A DNA stretch of 64,000 nucleotides from Myxococcota bacterium. Lineage in GTDB: Bacteria > Myxococcota_A > UBA9042 > PHBI01 > JAWLBL01. Location: assembly GCA_041687695.1 (NCBI GenBank), contig JAWLBL010000023.1, positions 91,840 through 155,839 on the forward strand, in the 5' to 3' direction. The position numbers and the translations under genes were made by a program. Under the pieces are notes generated by a model, which was not told the origin of the DNA, did not search any database, and saw only the letters and a program-made list of their open reading frames with translations. Below are positions 56,501 through 64,000 of this stretch, piece after piece (the stretch's first letter is position 1; each line of letters starts with the position of its first letter).

Positions 56501-57853
56501 GAAGCACACGCCGTCGCAGGTGGCGGCGAGGACGGCGCAGGCGGCGTCCCAGCGCTCGGTGCAGCAGGCGGGCCGGGTGCTGCACACGCAGGACTCGACG
56601 GCGGGCTCGATGCAGCCGGCGGCGTCCGGGGAGGGTCGGCAGCAGTCGCCCTTGGGGGCCGGCGGCGGGGCGCAGTCGGCCCCGCACAGCTCGGCGACGG
56701 TGGCGCACAGGGGCGACCACCCGACCGAGCAGCACTCGGGGCGCTTTTGGCACACGCACGCCTCGACGGACGCATCGGTGCAGCCCTTGGCCGGTCCGGC
56801 CTCGCAGCAGGGGCCCTTGGGCGGCCCGCACGGGGCGCCGCAGCCCTCGGCCAGGGTGACGCACTGGCTGTCCCATTGGCTGTTCAGGACCGAGCAGCAG
56901 GTCGCGTCCTGCGCGCAGACGCACTGGGTGACGGCTGGGTCGGCGCACCCGGGCCCGGCGTGCGGCTCGCAGCAGGCGCCCGTGTGCAGCTCGGCGCAGG
57001 CGCCGCATTGGGTCGAGGCCTGGTCGGCGCAGATGAAGTCCCAGCCCTGGGTGCAACAGGTCGCGTTGAGGTTGCACACGCACGACTGGACCGCCGGCTC
57101 GTCGCACCCCAGGCCGTCGTGGCCCTCGCAGCACGGCCCCGGCGGGCAGTAGGCGCCACACTGCTCGCGCGCCATCTTGGCGCACGCGCCCGTCCAGTTC
57201 CCGGTGCAGCAGTTGGGGAAGATGTCGCACACGCAGCCCTCGATGGTCGGGTCGGCGTCGCAGCCGACGCGATCCCAGTCGGGCACGCAGCACGGGCTGG
57301 CCGGCCCGCACCCTGCCGAGCACTGCGTCTCGGCCAGCTCCGCGCACGAGGCCGTCCACTCGTTGCAGCACGCCGGCTCGAGCCCGCACACGCACGCCTC
57401 GACCGTCGGGTCCTCGCAGCCCCCGGAGACGTGCGCCGAGCAGCACGAGCCCTTCGCCCCGGAGCCACACGCCTGGCCGCACTGGGTCTGCGCCCAGTAC
57501 ACGCAGTCGCCGTTCCAGAAGCTGCAGCAGTCCGGGTGCGCGTCACAGACGCAGGCCTCGACCGTCGGGTCGTTGCACCCCGGCTGCCCCATGGCTTCGC
57601 AGCACCCCAGCGTCGACCCGCCGCCGGTGCACACCAGCCCGCACTCGGTCTTGGCGAGATCCTGACACCCGCTGTGCCACATCGAGGTGCAGCAGAAGTC
57701 GTCGATGGCGCACACGCACGCTTCGACGGCCGGGTCCGCGCACCCCGGTGTGTTCACCGGATCGCAGCACGGCTGGTCCCCCGCCGCCGCGGGCTCCGCC
57801 CACAGGACGACCACAGCCGCCAGACAAGCGGCCCACACGCTCCGTCCCAGCAT
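53573..57853 (-). CDS. Large secreted protein: 11 Cys-rich repeats, helical middle, C-terminal beta-sheet domain
   Basis: GGAG RBS, signal peptide (AxA), 11x CC...GC...CVC...CC...W...C...C, then non-repetitive domains. Confidence 0.85.
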   Translation of the reverse strand: MLGRSVWAACLAAVVVLWAEPAAAGDQPCCDPVNTPGCADPAVEACVCAIDDFCCTSMWHSGCQDLAKTECGLVCTGGGSTLGCCEAMGQPGCNDPTVEACVCDAHPDCCSFWNGDCVYWAQTQCGQACGSGAKGSCCSAHVSGGCEDPTVEACVCGLEPACCNEWTASCAELAETQCSAGCGPASPCCVPDWDRVGCDADPTIEGCVCDIFPNCCTGNWTGACAKMAREQCGAYCPPGPCCEGHDGLGCDEPAVQSCVCNLNATCCTQGWDFICADQASTQCGACAELHTGACCEPHAGPGCADPAVTQCVCAQDATCCSVLNSQWDSQCVTLAEGCGAPCGPPKGPCCEAGPAKGCTDASVEACVCQKRPECCSVGWSPLCATVAELCGADCAPPPAPKGDCCRPSPDAAGCIEPAVESCVCSTRPACCTERWDAACAVLAATCDGVCFSVGEFPCCDEHASPGCVMFPVEACVCDALPACCAGPWTAECVAQAEACGAVCTLPGCCDTSTTPGGCADATVADCVCDQDPWCCSHAWDAGCVTLAHACGAGCLTPAAGEGPCLEANGSPGCSDDVVEACVCDFEAFCCDTDWDSGCADLAVALCQAEVCGDGQCSPGEDCLSCAADCACAAGTSCTAGVCLPDDLFVFGGAPAPVALGTFDDALCPAPSAFHCTDPAFLDRLCGRLMLEGARQDASHPCHEHARQAGEAVGGALQTSGETVTAVRPTLYGTSALVAYRPDSALSVTQAVPDPWEGDAPVVSRATPWAAYAPATEAFIKGLWDINGAGVSACEEYLYEKHWDWHQFEDGAAALAGDYRAIFDLAYGPLAEAASVATRTLDGDGLRRRSGQPAEAVDITEPRAKSPFFEIPTFLYVALSEHATFNADLWLLEGDAFSGFAPPKGPQIWARVRQGMPKTDKGFAWHRQMSDTLAAQGHDDGELLSYEPIKDRYRQLVQAAEYALQALALARGAVMPEVVTDHQQHLAAISGLEQDVPSTFDNQASPEQIAALEALAERRVDAVVEAIVEADALGCLTLEANPCDWSPRDFVQQLQRHPPAGRDQDLERCREETGSVDFASLDGYAFTPIGDKTYPDKDYTADTVALEQFFVDHRQWLIDVANHLASLGLTTEDGQPRTGKSIDEMRRKSDDWFGYDYDYHFAWDIVDLAISSAQDNVSDIRAAAGIWAEGRALGKRIPLIAADLTINGTRPGSEPSALGIEVLGVQLFDDAFPIEIPQDWNFVEDSYTRAEEYEFDGPVFPIAGVPVRISGGLGGVIEVQTDVDVATPIAEVHARLDASIRPVIEVYGFLSAAVDYTVVRAGVRGEVVVLGLDLPLTLHAFIGLEGLDVIARLESTADLVLRALDGRFKLFAEIDVGVWKERYDKTIASWRGIRHDSRLFGTSLTIPILGLIEVCQQQGIVECPASE

Positions 57854-57992
57854 CTCCACTCTCCTCCCGGTGTCCCCATGCGGCCGCGCCATTCGACCCG
57901 ACCCTCGCCGCGATTGCAAGCGCCACCCCTGGCGCTCGCCGGGCAAGCCGTGTAGGCCTGTCCCCTGAGTCACCTGCCAGAGAGCCATCGTC

Positions 57993-58436
57993 ATGAGCCA
58001 CGAACGCGACCCCATCGACCCCGACCGTCGATTTCCCAGCGAGTATCGCCGCGCCTTCGAGGAGCACACGCTCGCGCTCCTGCCGGCCCTCGGCAGCCAC
58101 GCGTTGACCCGCACCCGCGACGCCATCGAGATCCGCTACCCCGAGGGCGCCGAGGCCGACGACCAGCTGGTCCTCCTCGCCACTCCCGAGGCCCTCGAGC
58201 TCCGCCTCCCCGACATCGAGTGGACCCGCGGCTCCTACGGCCCCGCCGCGTCCTCCACCCTGTGGCGCCGAATCCCCTGGCCCGAGCCCACGGCGCGGGA
58301 TCTCACGGCGCTCGCCGAGGCCCATCAAGCGCGAAAGCGGCCCTGTCGGCACTGCCACCGCCGTTTCGTCCCCGCCCGGATGACGGGCTCCGCGTGCCAC
58401 GCCTGCGCCTCGCGCTTCGACGGGGTCGTCTACTGA
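57993..58436 (+). CDS. Hypothetical protein with C-terminal Zn-finger
   Basis: CRHC...CHAC; good codon bias. Confidence 0.7.
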   Translation: MSHERDPIDPDRRFPSEYRRAFEEHTLALLPALGSHALTRTRDAIEIRYPEGAEADDQLVLLATPEALELRLPDIEWTRGSYGPAASSTLWRRIPWPEPTARDLTALAEAHQARKRPCRHCHRRFVPARMTGSACHACASRFDGVVY

Positions 58437-58737
58437 CCCCTGACCCAAGGCAGCGCCGCACATGGCGAGCGCGCCGGTCGAATGGGAGCGGGTGTGCCTG
58501 ACCGCACATCTGGAGCACGGCTGGGGCCAATCGGTAGAGGTTGTGCCCGACGCCGCACCATCGAGCGGCGGGGGAGGGCTCTCCGTCGCGGGTCTCGCTT
58601 TCGCTCGCCTCCCATCCATCACCACCGCATGATTGGCAAGGGGAGCCTCGAATCGGTAAACAGGCCAGCGTTCGGTGCCCGCGCCGACGACACGCTAGAG
58701 TTCGCTCTCCACCTCCTCGAGCCCGGAGCCCACGCCG

Positions 58738-59361
58738 ATGATTCGTCGCCTCTACGAGCGCTTCGTCCTGCCTCGCGGGATTCATCGCGTCTGCGGGCAG
58801 CGGCCGGTCGAGCGCCAGCGCGCCAAGGTCGTCCCGCAGGCCCGGGGGCGTGTGCTCGAGGTGGGCATCGGCACCGGCCACAACCTTCGTTTCTACGACC
58901 CGGCTCAGGTCGAGAGCGTCACCGGCGTGGATCCCGCGGTCCATCACACGGGCCACGCCAGCGCGGCGGCCGCCGCCGTCGCGTTCCCGGTTCGCCTGCT
59001 CGAGGCCAGCGCCGAGGAGCTGCCTCTCCCGGACGCCAGCTTCGACACGGTCGTCGTGACCTACACGCTGTGCAGCATCCCGGACGCACCGCGCGCGCTC
59101 GGTGAGATGCGCCGCGTCCTCCGCGCGGACGGCCGCCTGCTGTTCGTCGAACACGGGCGCGCGCCCGACCCGGCCGTGCGCGCCTGGCAAGCCCGCCTCG
59201 ACCGGCCCTGGCAGGCGATCTCCGGTGGCTGCCATCTGGCCCGCGACATCCCGGCCTTGCTTCAGGCGGCGGGGTTCGCCCTCGAGGATCTCGAGACGCT
59301 GTACCTGCCCGGCGCGCGCTGGCTGAACTACAACTACTGGGGCACCGCCCGGCCCGCCTGA
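58738..59361 (+). CDS. Class I SAM-dependent methyltransferase
   Basis: VLEVGIGTG, AEELPLPDASFDTVV..LCSI, LFVEHG, GGCHL. Confidence 0.92.
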   Translation: MIRRLYERFVLPRGIHRVCGQRPVERQRAKVVPQARGRVLEVGIGTGHNLRFYDPAQVESVTGVDPAVHHTGHASAAAAAVAFPVRLLEASAEELPLPDASFDTVVVTYTLCSIPDAPRALGEMRRVLRADGRLLFVEHGRAPDPAVRAWQARLDRPWQAISGGCHLARDIPALLQAAGFALEDLETLYLPGARWLNYNYWGTARPA

Positions 59362-59510
59362 CGTTCGGCGCTCGACGCGGCCGCCAGCCACCGGTCGACA
59401 CTCGGCGTGGTGGCCTTCGGCTTCACGAGAGGGGGCCGAGGGTCCGCAGAGGCGGTCGCTCTCGAGCCCTTCATCGTCACCCACGACCCGCGCCCGAAAC
59501 CCGATCCTTG

Positions 59511-59564
59511 GTGCGGCACCTCGGGTGCGGTACCTGATGCGGTACCTCGGGTGCGGTACCTCGG
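59511..59564. repeat. Short tandem repeat, about 14 bp x4
   Basis: gtgcggtacctcgg consensus; one unit is shortened. Confidence 0.8.
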
Positions 59565-59740
59565 GTGGGATCGGCGGCGGGCCTCGCGGGGCCTGATCCC
59601 GCCTTGCGGTGAAACACGTCTTTCCCGGCCTGCCAGGTGCCGGTCCGTGCCTACTCTGCGGCGCCGACGTCCCACGGGGGGGCGTCGAAACTCCCCGCTC
59701 ATCTCCCTACGAGCCCTGGCTCGTCCATCAAGGAGCCGAC

Positions 59741-60394
59741 ATGGCCGTTCGCATCAACGACATCGCCCCCAACTTCACGGTGGACTCCACGGCGGGCAAG
59801 CTGAACCTCCACGAGTGGATGGGCAACAGCTACGCCATCCTCTTCTCGCACCCCAAGGACTTCACGCCGGTCTGCAGCACCGAGTTCGCCGCCGTGGCCA
59901 ACCTCGCGGACGAGTTCGGCAAGCGCAACACCAAGGTGGCCGGCATCTCCGTGGACTCCGTCGAGGATCACGAGAAGTGGATCGCGGACATCGAGAAGAT
60001 CGCCGGCAAGAAGGTGTCCTTCCCCATCTTCGCCGACACCGAGCTCGAGATCGCCAAGGCCTACGACATGCTGCCGGCGGACGCCTACCTGCCCGACGGC
60101 CGCACGGCCGCCGACACCGCCACCGTGCGCAGCACCTACATCATCGGCCCCGACAAGAAGGTGCGCGTCATCCTCACCTATCCGATGAGCGTGGGCCGCA
60201 ACTTCCAGGAGATCCTGCGCGCCCTCGACGCCGTCCAGAGGACGGACGGCGTGCCGCTGGCCACGCCCGCCGACTGGAACAAGGGCGACGACGTGGTGGT
60301 GGGCCTGTCGCTCAACGACGAGCAGGCCAAGGAGAAGTACGGCGAGCTCGACGTGCGCCTTCCGTACCTGCGCATGGCGAAGAACCCCTCCTGA
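59741..60394 (+). CDS. 1-Cys peroxiredoxin (Prx6 type)
   Basis: AAGGAG RBS; FSHPKDFTPVCSTE; YPMSVGRNF; ATPADW. Confidence 0.95.
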   Translation: MAVRINDIAPNFTVDSTAGKLNLHEWMGNSYAILFSHPKDFTPVCSTEFAAVANLADEFGKRNTKVAGISVDSVEDHEKWIADIEKIAGKKVSFPIFADTELEIAKAYDMLPADAYLPDGRTAADTATVRSTYIIGPDKKVRVILTYPMSVGRNFQEILRALDAVQRTDGVPLATPADWNKGDDVVVGLSLNDEQAKEKYGELDVRLPYLRMAKNPS

Positions 60395-61037
60395 GGCGCT
60401 CGAGAGGCGGACTCGTGAGCGAGTCACGCCGAGAGGACCACGGTGACGCGGCGCCCGCCAGGGGGGCCGCGTCACGTCTGCGCGTCGGCGCTCGAAGACG
60501 TCGGAAGCAGGGGCTTCCGGCGCTCGCTTCGTCCAGGCGCAACCGCCGACCTCCCGCGACGGCTGGCGTCACCCGCGTGATGGTCACGCCGTCGAGCCGG
60601 TTGCCGAGGAGAGCGCAGCGTCACTGTCGCTCCGGGCACGACCTCGACGGCCGGCTCCAGCGCGTGCTCGCCGGGCGCCAGCGCTCCCTGACACCCGGGG
60701 CCAGGGCTCGGGCCAAACCCCTTTCTTCGTGGCGAGCACCGAAATGGAAGCTGGCCAGGCCTGACCCCCTGGGTTCGACCGTCAACTTGGTCGGCGAGGG
60801 TGAAGCAGTAGGCGGACCGGCGTGGGTCGGAGCGCGGGAGCGGGCGCATGTTGGCGCCGAACAGGGCCCGTTGACGTCGGGAGGGCTGGTGGTGCGCTCG
60901 TTGCCCACGGGCACGGTTGCACGCATTCGCCATTCGGGCCGGCTCGCGGGGCAGGGTCATCACAAGGTCCGTCGAGCGTTGCGCGCAGCGAGCTGCGCGA
61001 CCCACGAGCCCCAGCGCGCTGGGGCCGTCCGTCAAGA

Positions 61038-61139
61038 CTCGCCGCCACGAATCCACCTCGGACTCCGACGACCAGAATGCACGAGCTCGCTCGTGCTCCG
61101 ACGTAGCGCGGCTCGCCGCGCTGAGTGCGAGGCGTGGCG
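61038..61139 (+). repeat. Dispersed palindromic intergenic repeat, copy 2
   Basis: Matches 32081-32182. Confidence 0.9.
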
Positions 61140-61304
61140 CGCCCATTGGCGACCTTGCGACCGCCCAGGCTCGCGGGGAGCCAGGCCTGACCCCTGAACT
61201 GCGCGCCCTTCCATCGGGGGATGGGCACGTTGCGGCCACCGGGTAGAATGCGCGCGACGCCATCGATGGCGCCGTGCCCTCCAACCCGGATCCAGAGACC
61301 CGCC

Positions 61305-61610
61305 ATGCGTCACTTGCTCGCCGCCCTCGCCGCCGCCGCCCTGCTGTCGGGCTGCGCCACCCAGTTCCTCGGCGCCCCCAAGGTCAGCCCCCGACAGTGC
61401 GACATGCAGTGCCGCGCCTGGGGCATGCACCTGGCCGGCATGGTGGCCATGGGCGAGTACTCGACCGCCTGCATCTGCGAGGTGCCCGGCCGCACCTCAC
61501 GCCGCGAGGTCATCCTCGACGGCGCCACCGCCGCCGCCACCGGAGGCGCCGCCGGCGTCCACATGCAGACCCAGGCCGCCCAGCAGCGCCAGGCGACCCG
61601 CCCCCGCTGA
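61305..61610 (+). CDS. Small Cys-rich lipoprotein
   Basis: Lipobox LSGC; CxxxC and CxC. Confidence 0.75.
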   Translation: MRHLLAALAAAALLSGCATQFLGAPKVSPRQCDMQCRAWGMHLAGMVAMGEYSTACICEVPGRTSRREVILDGATAAATGGAAGVHMQTQAAQQRQATRPR

Positions 61611-61773
61611 TCGCCAGGTCCACGAGACACCTGCCTTCGTCCGGCCGACGCCTCGGCGCAGCTCGCTGCGTCCGCGAGGCTACGGTCGCCCGCCTCGGGC
61701 TTCGTTGGGGCTGGCGGCTGGCCGCGTCCCTGGGTAGGCTCCCCCCGCGACACCGTTGGACGGGAGCGGGGCG

Positions 61774-63759
61774 ATGGGGCGAGCGGCGACACTGTGGGTC
61801 CTGGGGGCCATCCTCGTCGGGTGCGGCGACGTCGGCGAGACGGCCGACCTGGGCGACGCGTCGGGTCCGGTCGACGCCGCCGGTGACTCCGATCCTACGT
61901 CGGACGTGGGCGCGGACGCCGAGGCGGACACCAAGACCCCGCCGGTCGTGGCGTGGTGTGAGGGCACGACGTCCTACCGCTGGGATCCCGGGGCGGGCCT
62001 CGACCTCGAGACCTTTCCCGACGACTTCTTCACCGTGGACGCGCCCGACAGCCCCACCGGGCTCCGGCTGCGCTTCGCTCAGGCGAACGCCCCGTGGATC
62101 CCGGACATGCCGGATCTGCTCCGGGGCGCCTTCGACGACCTGAACGCCCTGTCGGGCTTCGGCCGCAACGCCGGCGCGGTCCTGCGCTTCACGGCGCCCA
62201 TCGCCGAGGTGCCCACCGGCGCCGACGCCTCGGTGACCTCGGACGCCCTGATGCTGCTCGACCTCGACACGCAGCCGCCGACCCGCGTGCCCTACGAGGC
62301 CTCGCTCGGCGACGACGGCCGGGACCTCGTCCTGTGGCCGCTGCGGCCCTTCCGTCCCGGGGCGCGGCACGCCCTGGTGGCCACGACCGCGCTGGCGGCG
62401 GCGGACGGCGGCTGTGTCGCTCCGTCGGCCGCGTTGCGCGCCGTCCTGACGGGGCAGGCAGATGACCCCGCCCTCGAGCGCCTCCAGGGGCGCTATGCCG
62501 ACCTCCTGGCGAGCACCGGGCTCGAGCCCGCCGAGATCAGCGCGGCCGCGGTGTTCACGACCCATTCGGACCTGGACGTCATCTATGACGCGGCCGCCGA
62601 CGTGCGGACCCGCGACTACGCCTGGCTCGCCCCTCCGACCTGCGAGAAGCAGGGAGATCGGTACCGCTGCGAGGGGAGCTTCACGGCCTACGACTACCGC
62701 GACGGTCGCCACATCGCGACGCCGACGCCCAGCGCGCCGTGGGAGCTCCCCGTCAGCGTCTGGCTGCCCGCCGAGGGCGAGGGCCCCTTCCCGGTGGTGC
62801 TGGCGGCCCACGGCATCGGCCACCACCGCGGTTATGGCGCCGCGGTGGCCTCGCTGCTGGTCCCCGAGGGCTTCGCCGTCGTCGCGGCCGACGCCATGGA
62901 GCACGGCGACCACCCGACCAACGAGCCCGACCAGCGCGAGCTGGACAGTATGAAGTTCCTCGGCCTGAACCTCGAGGCCCTCGCCGTCGACGCGCTGGCC
63001 CTCCGCGGCAACTTCAACCAGACGCTGCTCGACCGCCTGCAGCTCATCGAGCTCATCCGGCAAGCCCCCGACGTCGACGGCGACGGCGCGCCGGATCTCG
63101 ACGTCACGCGCCTCGCCTACCACGGCACCAGCCTCGGCGGGATGATGGGCGCGCCGCTCCTGGCCGCCTCCGACGACATCGGCGCCGCGGTCCTGACCGT
63201 GGCCGGCGGGCGCCTGCTCGTCTTCGCCACCGACACCGCGCCGGTCAAAGCCTTCAAGGACCTCCTCATCGGCCTCGTCGGCTCCGAGGCCCTCTTCGAG
63301 CGCCTGCTGGTCGTCGCCCAGACCGTCGTCGACGCCGCCGACCCGGCGACCTTCGGCGCCCACGTCCTCTCCGACCGCCGCGTGGGCACCGACCCGCCCG
63401 ACCTCCTCTTCCCCGTCGCCATCGCCGACGAGACGGTCCCGCCCGCCGCCGGCAAGGCCCTCGCCCGCGCCCTGGGCATCCCCCACGTCGGCGTCGTCCG
63501 CGACCCTGTGGCCCTCCTCCCCCTCGAGCCCGCCCTGCCCACCAGCGCCAACATCGCCAGCGGCGCCTCCACCGCCGGCTTCTTCCAATACGACCGAGTC
63601 GGCGGCCCCGACGCCTCCACCCCCGCCACCCACGACAACACCCCCTTCAGCCCCGAGTGCCAACTCCAGTCCCGCCACTTCCTGAGCACCTGGCTCGACA
63701 CCGGCACCGCCGAGCTCCTCGACCCCTACGACGTCCTCGCCACGCCATCCCTGCCGTGA
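61774..63759 (+). CDS. Lipoprotein with C-terminal alpha/beta-hydrolase fold (paralogue of 12257-14350)
   Basis: Lipobox LVGC; FPDDFFTV..PDSPTGLRL; AAHGIG; GTSLGG; DETVP; THD. Confidence 0.8.
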   Translation: MGRAATLWVLGAILVGCGDVGETADLGDASGPVDAAGDSDPTSDVGADAEADTKTPPVVAWCEGTTSYRWDPGAGLDLETFPDDFFTVDAPDSPTGLRLRFAQANAPWIPDMPDLLRGAFDDLNALSGFGRNAGAVLRFTAPIAEVPTGADASVTSDALMLLDLDTQPPTRVPYEASLGDDGRDLVLWPLRPFRPGARHALVATTALAAADGGCVAPSAALRAVLTGQADDPALERLQGRYADLLASTGLEPAEISAAAVFTTHSDLDVIYDAAADVRTRDYAWLAPPTCEKQGDRYRCEGSFTAYDYRDGRHIATPTPSAPWELPVSVWLPAEGEGPFPVVLAAHGIGHHRGYGAAVASLLVPEGFAVVAADAMEHGDHPTNEPDQRELDSMKFLGLNLEALAVDALALRGNFNQTLLDRLQLIELIRQAPDVDGDGAPDLDVTRLAYHGTSLGGMMGAPLLAASDDIGAAVLTVAGGRLLVFATDTAPVKAFKDLLIGLVGSEALFERLLVVAQTVVDAADPATFGAHVLSDRRVGTDPPDLLFPVAIADETVPPAAGKALARALGIPHVGVVRDPVALLPLEPALPTSANIASGASTAGFFQYDRVGGPDASTPATHDNTPFSPECQLQSRHFLSTWLDTGTAELLDPYDVLATPSLP

Positions 63760-64000
63760 GAGCAAGGTGCATCTCCTGGGCCAGCCTCAATGATGACAGC
63801 TACCTGCGCCGAGCAGCCGACTGCCTGGGCCTGAATGCTCGACCCGAGTGAACACCTCGCCCACGCAGCAACTTAACTTTTACGGACGTGGCCCCTGGGC
63901 TTCCTTCTGGCTGTGCCGAAGGGCGGGCTATCAGCATCCCAGAAGGAAATCATCAAGAAGATCACGGCAGAAGCCGCGGACGGCCCCACGCCGGTAACGG

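Noticed and set aside
51887..57955. 2022-aa plus-strand ORF (also 32740-36732, 2583-5564, 36749-39313 and similar)
   Set aside because: These are shadow ORFs from GC-rich codon bias. They are Arg/Gly/Ala-rich, have no motifs and overlap well-supported genes.
60400..61300. Protein-coding genes in this gap (for example 60472-61284 minus)
   Set aside because: No recognisable motifs, poor codon bias, and the region is occupied by dispersed repeats.
1..64000. tRNA/rRNA genes
   Set aside because: No T-loop or cloverleaf pattern and no rRNA-like conserved segment was recognised by eye. tRNAscan/Infernal were not run.

Overview
Very GC-rich bacterial DNA. It is Myxococcota-like by inference: many lipoproteins with Asp/Ala/Pro linkers, Cys-rich myxobacterial-type repeats, MYXO-CTERM-like tails and an ECF/anti-sigma/caspase cassette. 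About 55 CDS can be supported. They include a translationally coupled Mre11/SbcD-like nuclease, SMC-like ATPase and APH-type kinase; an S8 protease; TetR/cupin; a RimK-like ligase; ECF sigma, anti-sigma and caspase-like protease; archease-rtcB; symporter-sulfatase-DUF421; a second ECF operon; map with an HTH-only LysR; a divergent napD-napA-tetraheme napB-ferredoxin and cytochrome c-NrfC-NrfD cluster; pirin; a peroxiredoxin; and two paralogous lipoprotein hydrolases. The most notable signals are: (1) a three-gene operon that may be a split vitellogenin/MTP-like lipid-transfer module and carries a ten-Cys repeat present 17 times in the window; (2) a Nap system apparently fed by an NrfCD/DsrOP-like module, with two overlapping sigma54-like promoters; (3) a 160-bp TA-flanked MITE whose removal restores a lipoprotein ORF; (4) a head-to-head double tandem array; and (5) dispersed palindromic intergenic repeats. 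I recognised no rRNA, tRNA or CRISPR array. All family calls are from motif recognition by eye; no searches were run.
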